Shown: positions 51,634-64,000 of the stretch, one piece after another
Layout of the letters: the number at the start of each line of letters is the position of its first letter
How positions within the stretch are numbered: the stretch's first letter is position 1
Assembly (NCBI GenBank): GCA_964016885.1
Contig: OZ024743.1
Location: 197,780,001 to 197,844,000 of the forward strand
From: Eledone cirrhosa
Taxonomy: Eukaryota
Length of the DNA stretch: 64,000 nucleotides
Direction of reading: 5' to 3'
Position numbers and translations under genes: made by a program
Notes under the pieces: generated by a model
The model's input: the letters and a program-made list of their open reading frames with translations, nothing else
Database searches by the model: none
Told to the model about the DNA's origin: nothing

Positions 51634-52482
51634 AGCAAGTGCAACGACACGCTCGGAGAAACTCTAGGCGTAGAGGAAGACGAACTGGCCAGTCTGTTGG
51701 GTAGGACTTTCCGCCCGAGACCAATGGACAACTTCCAAAAGTCCCTGGCCTGGCAGTGCTACCGAGGTGCTCTACCAGTTCGAGACATGCTCTACAGACA
51801 CCGGCGCCCGGGTAGGGACCCTTCGAAAAAGATCTGTCCGAGATGCGGGCGCAACGAGGAAACCGTCGCGCAGGCATTTGTACACTGCCCGGGCGTTACC
51901 GACCTGTGTGGCTATGTAGAACGTCTATTGTCGCGGGTGGGACCAATCCAGTTGACCAACGAGTCCATTGTCAAGATCAAACCGCCACCCTCCTTCAAAA
52001 ACGAGGGAGAGGCGGTTTTCCTATGCGTTATGGCTATGGTGAAAGAGGTTATACGGTGGACGAGGTTAAAAGGGCTGAGGTCAGACACCTTTCTCTCCGG
52101 CGAGCAACTGATTCGTTTTTTCAAATATCATTTTAGAAGAAGAATCAGGATGGAGAGAGAGGTGATGTACCCCAGCAAATTTTATAAAAGTGGGTGAATC
52201 TGGCAAAGATGTCCCGAGTGGTTGGGCTTTCTCTCTATATAAGCCTGTAGGTTGAGGAAAAAAAGGATGAGAGGAAGGGAGTACTCACTCTTGGTGCTCC
52301 TGGGGATGAGGGTTGTACATTTTTTCGGGGTGTGTACAACCCCTATGTAACACCTCCCCCCTATTGGGGATTTCAATTGTCATTTGTTATTGTATTAATA
52401 GTTTTATTTTCATATACCTGTATGCAAATTTTCCATTTGTATTTGTCCCCTTCTTTTGTGCCCTTGTGGCTAATAAAGAAAT
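51634..52482 (+). mobile_element. 5'-truncated copy (3' ~850 bp) of the Tx1-like LINE
   Basis: Homologous to 57560-58414. Encodes CPRC..EETVAQAFVHC and ends gtggctaataaagaaat + (TATC)n. tatctatctctctatc is duplicated at 51617-51632 and 52548-52563. Confidence 0.92.
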
Positions 52483-52556
<74 letters not shown>

Positions 52557-52781
52557 CTCTATCAGTCGTGTGTCACTTCGCGGAGAAGTTTCCGTTAATT
52601 TATGTAAGAAAAAAACGTGAGTTTTTAGTTAAATTTTATATCATTGTGTAACTTGACCACCCGTCTGGACCTTCAGCTGGTGGGTCAACTCATTTTCGCC
52701 CCTTCAGGGGCGGAATATCCATTTAAAAAATTTTTCTCCATCGAATCTTGGAAAAAAATATTGTAAAATTTTGATTACGTT

Positions 52782-54239
52782 ATGAACGCTGCGTCCAACG
52801 ATAATGGTGGTGGAGAGGCGGTAAGACTACAAAGCTCGCAGTCAACAACGTCTTCTTCACTAGATACTATAGAGATGGAAAGACAAAATGAAAATAAAAA
52901 AATGAATTCACATCCAAACAACACAAATGACACCAAACAGCTCAATGACAACAAAAATAACAGCAAAACCAATAATGATGATAAAAGCAACAATGATAAC
53001 AACAACAAAGAAAAAAATAAAGACAACGCCAATAACACCAGCATCAAAGACAACAACAACACCAAGGAAAATACGGATGATACCAACATCGGTGACAACA
53101 AGAATAACAACAACAATAACAACAATAATGACAACACCACCAATACGGATTCCACAAAGAAACCAAAAATCTCCTTTGCGGAGAAAGTTCAAAAGAAAGA
53201 ACAATTGATATATCTCGACATAACAAATGCTGAACACCTTTTAAAGGACGCTAAGAGATATGTCACCTTCGAAAAAAATAGTGCTTTCAGCATCAATTCT
53301 CCGGTAGAAATTCGCAAGGAAACTGCTCTCAAAACGATAGTTTTTAGGACAGTTTCCAATTCTACCCGAAAACCAGTCCAATTGTCACAGAAAGATATTG
53401 AACTGGTTTTCAAAGATTCAATGAATGATATTGCATTCATTCAAAGAAGCAAACTTTTTGGGAGTATTTCGGTACTCATGAAGGATCAATTGACGGCCCA
53501 AAATTACTCTGTGTCGCCAATTGTATCCAACCTGTACACCTTTTTCCCTACATACATGGGAAAAAGGACACAAAAGATCAGAATCACAAGTGTCACACCA
53601 AAGGTGAACATATGGTGGATACTGTGCGGCTTCATCAATTTTGATGAAGACAGAATACTGTCAGTAGGAAAGTCCCCCAGAGATGTGTTCAATGGGACTA
53701 GCATTGAAATTCTGGTGCAAACGAGCCCAGAGCGAATAGCTATGATCCCACAACGTGTACTCCTGGACGGACTCACCTACATAAACCTTTCGGTTGAGGG
53801 TAGGCGGCCTTCATGTTACCATTGCTTTAGCAGGGGTCACCTGAGGGCTTCCTGTCCTAAACTAATGAACCAAAAAAAGGCTCTTCTGCCGACACCCATC
53901 AAAACAACACAACCACCAACACCACTACAACAACAACAACACCAACACACAAAAATAACCACAACAAACACAGTCCCACCCAACCCCACTCCACCTAAAA
54001 CCACTGCAAAATCACATACAGACACAACAGCTCCCCAAGACATACCCCTCCCCAATCACACAGACGATACAACAGATGAGGCTATCTCGCCATCACCCAG
54101 TGAAGACGAGGGAGAACCCCATCGCTCGAAAAGAAAGAAAAGACATCACAAAAGCAAAAAAACCAGCAAACACTACCACAAACATACAACCACCAACACA
54201 AACAACAAAAATATCACAAACAAAACCCCCACCTCCTGA
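52782..54239 (+). CDS. LINE ORF1 (gag-like, CCHC zinc knuckle); likely continues to ~54699 via a frameshift and a stop
   Basis: 485-aa ORF with CYHCFSRGHLRASC, an Asn/Asp-rich N-terminus and a Pro/Thr/Lys-rich tail. The overlapping frame 54076-54519 continues the low-complexity tail. Confidence 0.85.
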   Translation: MNAASNDNGGGEAVRLQSSQSTTSSSLDTIEMERQNENKKMNSHPNNTNDTKQLNDNKNNSKTNNDDKSNNDNNNKEKNKDNANNTSIKDNNNTKENTDDTNIGDNKNNNNNNNNNDNTTNTDSTKKPKISFAEKVQKKEQLIYLDITNAEHLLKDAKRYVTFEKNSAFSINSPVEIRKETALKTIVFRTVSNSTRKPVQLSQKDIELVFKDSMNDIAFIQRSKLFGSISVLMKDQLTAQNYSVSPIVSNLYTFFPTYMGKRTQKIRITSVTPKVNIWWILCGFINFDEDRILSVGKSPRDVFNGTSIEILVQTSPERIAMIPQRVLLDGLTYINLSVEGRRPSCYHCFSRGHLRASCPKLMNQKKALLPTPIKTTQPPTPLQQQQHQHTKITTTNTVPPNPTPPKTTAKSHTDTTAPQDIPLPNHTDDTTDEAISPSPSEDEGEPHRSKRKKRHHKSKKTSKHYHKHTTTNTNNKNITNKTPTS

Positions 54240-54732
54240 AAACAAAATACCTACAACAAAACGAAAGCACACACAAGAACTACAGACAAAAACAAACACA
54301 ACACAAGAAAATTACACTTACACTTACATAAACACTGAAAACAAAACACTAATGGAGACCATCACGAACGACCCTTCGGTTTTCACCGAAGGGAAAACTT
54401 TCGCCCACTCTATAAAAAATAGCAAAAAACTGAACCTAAAACTGATTAGGGTCCCTATACAAACTTATAGGTCCCTAAAAGAAACATTTGAGAAGGATGT
54501 GGGGAATTCCTGCGTGTAACCACTCAACCGCGTCCTTCTCAAATGCCTCCCCACCCCAGACACCCCCATCCCACCAGACCCCACCCCACCAAACATCTGC
54601 GTCCCCACCCCGCCGGAAACCACCACCCATCCAGACAACCCCTCCAACACCCCCATGGAAATCGTGCGGCCTGGTCCCCAGGAGGCGAAGGGTGAGTGAT
54701 CTCTTTTCCTCTTTTAACTTTTCAGCACCAAC

Positions 54733-57700
54733 ATGGCCAATATAAGAGTTGGATGTGTGAACGTACGCGGCCTGGGGATGCCCTGGAAACAGGGCAAACT
54801 CTTAAACGACCTCAGGTCGCACAGTTTGGATGTGGTAGCCATTTGCGAGTCCAGGATCCACGGCGAGCGACAGCTGGCCCCCATCTTCGATGACTTTGAG
54901 ATCTACGCATCTCTCTGTCAACCGGGGGGTGGGGGGTGGGGGCGGAGTTGCCGTTTTGCTGCGGAAACACCTGGGCCTCGTAACACAGACGGTACATCTG
55001 GACCCGGAGGGTCGACTGGTGGTCCTAGACGTTGACGGTAGTGAAGGTGGAGCGTTCAGGCTGGTGGCCGCATATGCCCCATCCGGGACACCGCGGCCAG
55101 ACTTCTTCAAACGTCTAGAGACTTTTCTGGGAACGTCCCGCTCCTTGCTTTTAGTGGGGGACTGGAATGGAATCCTAGATGCACGTTGGGACTATGTGGG
55201 AGCATGTCCCGATAAAGGGGGGTGTAACAGCCTCAAACAGTTAATCGACCGATTTGACCTGGCCGATAGATATCGACTAGATTTTCCGACTGCGCCACTG
55301 TGGACGTGGAGTAATCGTAGCGGAACATCTAGATCGTACCTAGATAGGGTTCTAGTTAGAAATAAGGATAGAGACATGTTAAGCTGTCCACAAATGTTCA
55401 TGGTTGCCTATTCAGATCACAAACTAGTGACCTGCATGGCCAACCTTGATAGAACCCATAGACAAGGACCCGGCTACTGGAAGCTGAACTTGTCGTTACC
55501 GACAAGCAAAGCCTACAGTAGACGGATTAGCACTTTAGTTAAACAGCACTTGACAGGGGCCATTGTCAACAACACATGGTGGTACTCTCTCAAGATGGCA
55601 GTTAGATTAAATCGATAGTTTTTAGTAAAGAATTAGCGTTAGATAGAAATAGAACCGAGAAGGAACTGGTAGATAAAGTAGAAGAGGCAATTAGAAGTGG
55701 CAACGTAGCCAGCGTGCTAGCAACGAGAACGGCCTTGGACCAGTTCTTCGACGCAAAGCACGAGGGCTGCGTTGTCAGAAGCAAAATACGTGCTCTGGGA
55801 AACGAGGGAGCCAAAGCTGTTAGCTGGGCCCGAGTGACGGAGGCAAAAAGTGGCAACAAGTCCACGATTCGGTCTTTGAAGGACCAAAACGGACGCGTGA
55901 TACGTGAGCCGAAGCAGATGTGTGCGGCTTTTCAACGGCACTTTGCTCGGCTGTTTCGGGGGGAGCGGCGCGCCGGGAGAGGCTATGGATTTCGGTCCAT
56001 ACCTCGACGGCCTACCGCGACTTTCGGACAGCGAGGCGAAGTTCTGCGAAAAGCCGATTTCAGCCACTGAGATAGGGGACGCGCTGAGCCAATGCGGCAA
56101 ACGCAAATCTCCAGGTCTCGACGGTCTACCCTACGAATTTTACGTAGCAATGCCGGACTTATTCTCCGGTCTCCTGGAAGCGGTCTACTGCAACTGGCAA
56201 CAGAACGGGAGAATTCCCAGTTCTGTAACCGGGGGCGTGGTCACACTAATCAGGAAGGACGAGAATAAGGGGGATGACATAGGCAACTTCCGGCCCATAA
56301 CTCTGCTAAACACAGAGTTACAGATTTTGGCCAAGGTGTTGGCAAAGAGGCTGGCGCTTGTCGTCGAGAACCTGGTGGGAGAAGCGCAGACATGCGCGAT
56401 CCCGACCAGGTCCATACACGACAACCTCCACCTCATGCGATACATCATAGAGAGGGTAGGGTGTAAACCCGGCTTCGGTGGGGCCCTGATTAACTTGGAT
56501 CAGTCTAAGGCTTTTGATAGGGTTGACCATCGTTACCTGGATGCCGTGCTCGAGGCGGCAGGCTTCGGACCCGTGTTCAGGGGCTGGATTGCTGCAATGC
56601 ACAACAGCAACATCTGCTCAAGGGTCAAGGTGAACGGTTACCTCTCGGAGCCGTTCCATATTACGCGATCCATTCGACAGGGATGCCCTCTCTCCTCCCT
56701 TCTGTACGTACTGACTCTAGAGCCACTACTGCGGAAGCTGGAGCTATTGCAGGGCATCCCTCTGGAACCGGGACTGCGGAAAGCGGCGTCGGCCTACGCC
56801 GACGACGTGACAGTAATGGTGTGGAGCGCCTCGCAAATCGAGGAAGTCGGCACCTTACTAAAGGAATACGAAAGTCTCACAGGAGCGAAGCTGAACCGGG
56901 ACAAGTCCATCGGTTTGCAACTCGGATCGTGGAGAGGCAGACCGATGCCTTCCGATGGCGTCGTCGGACGCTGGACGGAAGGACCGGTAAAGCTGCTCGG
57001 GGTCTGGTTTGGTCCGGACCTCCAGGTGGAGAAGAACTGGAACGAAGTGACGGCCAAGGTGTTTGCACTCACCCAGAAGTGGGCCGAGTGCAAACTATCC
57101 TTGAAAGGTCGAGCGGAGGTGGCGAACACTTTTATAGCGTCCGCCATCTACTACCGCTTGAACGTCGTGCCTTGTCCAGCCAAAATGCTCGCCAAAATGG
57201 AGCGCGTGCTCTTCCGATTCCTTTGGAAGAGGCGGGCTCCTTTGGTGAGAAGATCCATCTGCTGCCAACACCCTTCTAACGGAGGGCTGGGGATGCCGTG
57301 GTTGACGATGCGCAAACACGCGCTCAGGCTGCGGCATCTCTACGTATTCCTCACCGGACAACCGGTGTGGGCCCCGTTCGTGAGGCGAGCCTTCCCACGA
57401 CTCGTCTCGCTAACCGAGCTGCAGACCTGGGTCAAGCAGAGACCGAGGAAAATGGGCGACTGGCACATCGAATGTGCTCAGGCGCTCACAGCCCTCTGGC
57501 AGGCGGACCCAGCGATCAGTGGAGACTCCACTTCGTCATTCTATAGAGGGTTGGTCCGCAGCAAGTGCGACGACGCGCTCGGTGAAACTCTAGGCGTGGA
57601 GGAAGATGAACTGGCCAGTCTGTTCGGTAGGACCTTCCGCCCGGGACCGATGGACAACTTCCAAAAGTCCCTGGCCTGGCAGTGCTACCGAGGAGCTCTA

Positions 57701-58177
57701 CCAGTTCGAGACAAGCTCTACAGACATGGGCGCCCGGGCAGGGACCCTGCAAAAAAGATCTGTCCGAGGTGCGTGCGAGACGAAGAAACCGTCGCGCACG
57801 CATTCATACATTGCCCGGGCGTCACTGACCTGTGGGGCTATGTAGAACGACTATTGTCGCGGGTGGGACCAATCCAGTTGACCACCGAGTCCATTGTCAT
57901 GATCAAACCGCCACCCTCCTTCAAAAACGAAGGAGAGGCGGTTTTCCTTTGTGTGATAGCTATGGCGAAAGAGGTTGTATGGTGGACAAGGTTGAAAGGG
58001 CTGAGGTCAGACACCTTTCTCTCCGGCCAACAACTGATTCTTTTTTTCAAATACCACTTTGGAAGAAGAATCAGGATGGAGAGAGAGGTGCTGTACCCCA
58101 GCAAGTTTTATGAAAGGTGGGTGAAAGTGGCGAGAATGGCCCGAGTGAATGGGCCTTCTCTCTATATCAGCCTGTAG
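54733..58177 (+). pseudogene. LINE ORF2 (AP endonuclease, reverse transcriptase, C-terminal CCHC) split by three frameshifts
   Basis: NVRGL, VAICES, AYAP, VGDWN, SYLDR, SDH; KSPGLDG, NFRPITLLN, LDQSKAFDRVDH, RQGCPLS, YADD; CPRC..EETVAHAFIHC. Shifts near 54930, 55610 and 55965. Confidence 0.92.
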
Positions 58178-58588
58178 GTTGAGGAAAAGGAGGAGGAGAG
58201 GAAAGGAGTACAAGCTCTTCGTACTCCTGGAGATGAGGGTTGCACATTTTTTTCGGGGGTCTGTGTTACCCATATAAACTGTCTCCCTCTATTGGGCAAA
58301 ATCGACTAACTTTTAAATTCCATCTGTGATAACATTTTACACGTTTTTATTGTATGTAAACTTCCCCCTTTGTATTTGTCCCCTTCTTTTGTGCCCCTGT
58401 GGCTAATAAAGAAATCTATCTATCTATTTATCTATCTATATATCAACTATCTAGCAATCAATCTATCTATCCCGTAAGGGTGAAAGGCAAAGCTAACCTC
58501 TGCATGAGAATAAAGTGCCGTAACTCTATGCCACAAAGCATGGTGTTCGACACTCTACCGATACTGCAATTCTGATAATAATAATCTG

Positions 58589-58663
<75 letters not shown>

Positions 58664-59365
58664 GCTATTTTATATTATATGGTGTGAGTTCAATGTAAAA
58701 TCTGATTTGTTTATCAGTTTCCGTATATACATCTATTGGAGATAATATTGGAGATAATATGTAAACTAAATTGGTCAAACAGATATTTCTCTTTTGCAGA
58801 AGACATTATGGCTGATAAACCAATTGAAAGATACATCTGATTACATATGATTTTACGTATTGCACTAGAGTTTAAGAAAAGTATTTTTTCTTTATTGTCA
58901 GTTATTATGATATGAAATTATTTTGTGTTGCTTAGCGCGAAACTGTGTTACATTCCACACTAAACACTTTAAATTTCTCTTTCAGTTCACCTCACACGTT
59001 TAGTTCATTTTCTTTTCCACTGATTCACAGGATAAATTAAGCAGAACCGAAGAATGCAAAATGCCACGTTTAGGGTGTGTGTAACAGCAAAAACAACAGA
59101 GTATTCAGCCGTAAAATCAAACAACACACAACACGTAAAAAGAACAGCAACAATGAACAAAAGACAGAAAACAAATTAACAAGTAAATAACTTTTAAACA
59201 ATGCAAATTATAGACAAACTAAAACAAATTATAATGAAATTAAGGAAACAGTTTGACTTTCTCTCTGCTCCAGATACTGTGTGTGACTTCCAGTTGACTT
59301 CTTTCTGGAAAATTACATGTTAAATCACTGGATATGGATACAATATAAGCGCTAAAGGAAGCGGA

Positions 59366-59445
<80 letters not shown>

Positions 59446-59537
59446 CTTCTCCCCCCCCCTCTCTCTCTCTCAATATATATATATATATCTTTTTCTCTCT
59501 TTCTCTCTCTTTCTGGCAAATAATGAAATGTATCTAT

Positions 59538-59583
<46 letters not shown>

Positions 59584-59977
59584 CCCTCTATATATATAGC
59601 CGTTTAAAGTGTTAATCTCACGATCGTAAAGTCGTGAGTTCGATTCCAGTTCTGAACGATATCCTTGAGAAAGACACTGTATTCAACGTTGCTTCAGTCA
59701 ACGCAGCTGGAAAGATTGTTTAACCCCGTGATGAAAGATGCCTTCTAGACGGCGGCGGGGGGAGGGAGAAATATTTTGCCTGTAACCTCACTGGTGTCAT
59801 GTATTGGCCTTTTCTTTTCCATTGGTAATCGTCTATGGTGTGGAAAGGGAAAACTAGCAGGCATGACAAACTATCTGTTTTCCCACGAAAATAGCATAGG
59901 CTTGCATATTGAAATGGGACATTCTATTTGCAAACCATTCTCCAGTCGTGACCGAAGTCGGCTTAGTAACTAACCAA

Positions 59978-60575
59978 TAGAATAATTGTTTCTACTTTTT
60001 GGCACAAGGCCAGAAATTACCCAGTGTATTACTGGTACTTTATTTTATCGACCCCGTAAGGATGAAAGGCAAAGTCAACCTCAGCGGGGTTTGAACTCAG
60101 ATCGTTAAGGGACGTAACTATGCTGGAAAGCATGGCGTCCGACCCTCTACCGATACTGCCAATCCACAATGGTTTCTGATTTAGGCACAAGACCAACAAC
60201 TTTGGCGGACAGGAAAGTCGATTATATTTAATCTAGTGTGCTACTGGTACTTTATTTTATCGACTCCAAAAGGATGAAAGGCAAAGTTAACCTCGGCAGG
60301 ATTTGAAATCAGAATGCAAAGGGACGTAACTCTATGTCACTAAGCATGTTGTCTGATGCTCTACCGATTCTGCCAATCTACCTACAATAATTGTTTCTAT
60401 TTTAGGCACAAGGCCAGCAATTATCAGTACATTACTGGTACTTTATTTTATCGACCTCGTAAGGATAAAAGGCAAATGTAACCTCGGCAGGATTTGAACT
60501 CAGATCAGAAAGGGACGTAACTCTATTCTTCAAAGCATGGTGTCCGACTCTCTACCGATACTGCCTCCCTACCTC
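59978..60575 (-). mobile_element. Three head-to-tail SINE copies
   Basis: ~200-bp unit repeated three times. Further copies at ~58470-58575 and 62612-62780. Confidence 0.88.
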
Positions 60576-60744
60576 CAATAATGCCAACTATAAACATTAT
60601 TGCTAGTATGATATAACATTCTCATATGATTTCAAAGATATTTCTTCCTAAGAGAGGCTTTATCATGAACTATTGGAATTAGGTTCCACATGTATATTTC
60701 TGTAACGCTTTAAAAGTCGCTGTTGATATATTGTAAACATGATC

Positions 60745-60930
60745 ATTGTTATATCACCAAACTAACCTCCGGGGAAACGCCTTCTCCATTCTGTCTGCGG
60801 GGCTGTGGGGAGACCAGCAGGTGGGACCCCATTTTCTCACCATACGAAGAGATGTGGAGGGCGAGAGAGATGGAGGCGATGACAGTGGAAGTTCGGATCT
60901 ACCACGTTCGGACCATATCCTTGTCTTTGT
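60745..60930 (+). mobile_element. CRE-like non-LTR 3' fragment
   Basis: NLRGNAFSILS. Homologous to 31060-31260. Confidence 0.65.
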
Positions 60931-61519
60931 GTTAACCAAGTCCTAGTGCAGTAATGGGATTGAGTTAAATCATTCAGCTATGTCACTGTTAATCTGTGAT
61001 ATAATCAATTAAAATGTTGTTGTTTATTATATTCAACTGTTTAGGGTCTTCAAGTGATGTTTACTTTCTCTTATAACTTGTTTTAATTAAATTAGTGTTT
61101 GGAATTTAACTGTTGCGCTTTTAGTATTTTTGCAGCGTTTTAAAAATAGTCTGTTATTAATCCTACTGGCAGTATGCGGCAATGTTTTATATATTTATTT
61201 ATTTATATTTTCAAATTTTAGTAATTTAAGAACGGAACAAACTTACTAAATTACTAAAGGCAGAAGTGATAATTGTACAAAACAAATAATTACACCCAGA
61301 TAACAATAACTTGTGTGAATGTCCTAGCGACAAACAACCAAGATCAGTTTTCCTCACAAGATCATTTTACCCTTACAAAATAAGTTTTAATGTTGACATA
61401 AAAAATTATATAAAGGAAATAAAAACTATAAACGTCAGTAAATAGAGTTTAGTTGACAACGAAAGTATAATTTTACAATTGCTGTTATTGTATGATAGAT
61501 CTCATTTCCATTGTTGTAG

Positions 61520-61646
61520 CTACCGTTGATCGTAGCTTTTGCTCTATTGCACTTGCTAACAATACATCTATGAAACTAAGAGAATGTAAAGGTTCACTAA
61601 ATAAAGTTGTTACTAAAGATTTCCTCAAGGCAGCTTTATACTCAAT
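61520..61646 (+). CDS. Candidate coding exon 1 of an unidentified host gene
   Basis: ttccattgttgtag| acceptor; open frame TVDRSFCSIALANNTSMKLRECKGSLNKVVTKDFLKAALYS; phase-2 donor AT|GTATTA matches the next exon. Confidence 0.5.
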
Positions 61647-62015
61647 GTATTACGATACTGTAACTTTAGATGATAACAAAATGACAACAACAAAAAACGA
61701 CAACAAAAGGGACAGCAACAACAACAATAGTAACAATAGAAACAACTATAAGATATAACTAGCACTATATTGTCACCATACCACGATTCAGACAATCACA
61801 ATCACTAATCAGATAGATATACTGGCTTATCAAACGAATATTTTCTACGGTGGGTTATCTAAACGACTTAGGATGATGTCAGAAAACCTCCTTTCCCAGA
61901 CAAAAGTAAAATATAAAACTAGATCTCATGAGCTATTCTCAGTACATTAAACCAAGTTCGACCTTCTTATGGTGGTCGGGGTTTATTTTCTAAATGGAAA
62001 ACAAATCTATTTCAG

Positions 62016-62139
62016 TAATCTCACACACCATGCGACATTAGACCTGCAAGCAAAATGCCGTACTACATCTGAATATATTCGTTGCCAATTTTTAAACTGG
62101 AAAATATTGGATGCAGATGAGTTTGAAATATTTGTAGAT
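62016..62139 (+). CDS. Candidate coding exon 2
   Basis: tctatttcag| acceptor; 124 nt; NLTHHATLDLQAKCRTTSEYIRCQFLNWKILDADEFEIFVD; phase-0 donor GTATGA. Confidence 0.55.
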
Positions 62140-62910
62140 GTATGATTTAATCAGACACTATGTAATCGATGGGCAGAAATAAAATCACAGAAAATGGTTA
62201 CACTTTTTGCTAGGAGAAAAATATTTTAAATGGTTTTAAGTGTTTTTTAGTGATTTTTCCACATTACACTATAAATATATATTTATACTGTTTTATATAA
62301 ATTATATTTTAATGATATTTAAATAAAATGTAAGTCTTTTTTTCTGTGACGGTTTTGTCTGGGTTCATGCAAACTACCTTCATCAGCATAGACATAGATG
62401 CGTGGGAAATAAGTTTACCTCGCAACCACGTTGTTCCAGGCTAGAGCTTACGGTACAGAACCTTCGGCAGGTGTCCTATATATATATATTTATATATACA
62501 TCAGTATATATATATTTATATATACATAGTCTAACATATTTTCAACTACTTATGTCAGACGATTTTTGCACTTTGGAGCCTCTATCAATACTTATTTCTA
62601 CTTTTGGCACAAGGCCAGAAATTATCCCAGTGCATTACTGGTACTTTAATTTATCGACTCCAAAAGGATGAAAGGCAAAGTTAACCTCGGCAGGATTTGA
62701 ACTGAGACCATAAAGGGCCACAACTCTTTGCTGCAAAGCATGGCGTCCGACCCTCTACCGATACTGCCAATCCACCGCCCTGTTACTGCTAACAGTCAAG
62801 GAACGTCCTATGAGATAAAGACATGTAGGAAGCTACCTAAGCCAACATTCTTTCTATATAAATGTATGTATGTGTGTGCTTGCACACACGCTTGCACGCA
62901 TGCTTGCACG

Positions 62911-62944
<34 letters not shown>

Positions 62945-63553
62945 AACAAAAGGTGTAAGTCAACAGGTTAAAATTAACTTCGTTTAATCATAGTCGCTGT
63001 TATATATATATATTTCGCGGATAACCATTTTAAAAACGTTAACGTAAATCCGTGTTCTGCTTCAAAAGTAGGAAACGGTTTCGTGGTAATGTTTTTAAAT
63101 GTAATCGACTCCTACGCTGAAGTCGATAAGGATGATCAATAATTTATCAATATATATGATCCTAAAATCAGGCAACCAACTAACTTTTATTTAAACAAAG
63201 GACGAATTAATAATTTTACGAAACGTTGAAATTTCGTATGCTAGCTTATTTTAAGCTGCTGCAACACAAGTATAACTACAAAATAATTGAATAAGTTGGG
63301 CACACAATTCTGGTGACTAAAAAAAAAAGTGATCAGAGTCGTCTGCAGGAAACGAGCTTACACCTGTTGGTAGCCAGGCTACTACTTTACCAGCTTGTTT
63401 GACTATTTTATAGTTAACTCAGTGTCATAGCAGCTTTTAAAGGGTAACAAACTTCCATAACTTTAATTTCTTGTACTTATTTGATTTTATTGTGGTCCAA
63501 ATGATTATATTGTTATACTTTTCTTGTTGACATTTTTATGTATGTACATATAG

Positions 63554-63638
63554 ACTCGTAAATGCTCATGGGCTGTAGGTGCGCCGAGTATTACGGAGTT
63601 TCTTGAGCATTTTAAACCTGGTGGAGTCCCTCCTCCAG
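63554..63638 (+). CDS. Candidate coding exon 3
   Basis: T-rich tract ending catatag|; TRKCSWAVGAPSITEFLEHFKPGGVPPP; CAG|GTATGA donor. Phase 0 start matches exon 2. Confidence 0.55.
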
Positions 63639-64000
63639 GTATGAACATAACCGATTTCTTCCAAGAGAATGAGAGAAAGAGAGAAGGAAATCTAGAAGAA
63701 GAATGAACTCCAGTATTGGAATGGCACTTTACTCATCGTCTTCGAAATGAAGAGAAGCAAACTTAACTTCAGAAGAATTTGAAATATCTGCATACAGAGC
63801 AGAAATGAATGACAGATATTCTACCCGACATTCTAAATATATAAATAGATAGATATAGAGATAGATAGACAGAAAAGTAGATAGACAGATAGACAGACAG
63901 ACAGGTAGACAGACAGGTAGACAGACAAGCAGATAGACATATATATATATATATTATTATTATATAGTAATAATAACAATTTGAAGACTAAAATTCAAAG

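Larger units (their letters stand above)
52563..58414 (+). mobile_element. Near-full-length Tx1/L1-clade non-LTR retrotransposon
   Basis: 5' UTR, ORF1 with zinc knuckle, ORF2 APE-RT-CCHC, and a 3' UTR with AATAAA. (TATC)n on both sides. Confidence 0.93.

Noticed and set aside
52775-58273. Antisense and alternate-frame ORFs over the LINE
   Set aside because: Shadows of the GC-richer ORF1/ORF2 with no independent motifs.
58800-58856. MADKP start resembling beta-thymosin, or an upstream exon of the 61.5-kb gene
   Set aside because: The frame stops after 10 codons and all frames are closed; linkage cannot be supported.

Overview
This is AT-rich, microsatellite-saturated animal DNA. The SINE and repeat content resembles octopus/cephalopod sequence (inference). 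Almost all listed ORFs are simple-repeat artefacts. Real content: (1) a near-full-length Tx1/L1-clade LINE (~52563-58414) with a tandem 3' fragment, both inside (TATC)n; (2) a 5'-truncated Penelope-like element (RT plus C-terminal GIY-YIG, Hydra-clade-like; 26157-29290, minus) inside (TA)n; (3) decayed RTE, CRE-like, Helitron-like and hAT-MITE remnants and many tRNA-derived SINEs; (4) three phase-compatible candidate host exons at 61.5-63.6 kb. The most striking signal is about 10 unrelated families of short elements, nearly all inserted into (TA)n tracts. Many form asymmetric fold-backs and most carry type I hammerhead ribozyme motifs. These include canonical minimal hammerheads (14259-14294, 33950-33989, 24528-24608), a ~482-bp tandem retrozyme-like unit, two independent families with a compensatory U3:A8 core (UUGAAAA), and one family with an A4 core (CAGAAGA). 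One fold-back copy has clustered A-to-G changes that may record retrotransposition of ADAR-edited RNA. All structures were folded and aligned by eye; none was computed or tested.
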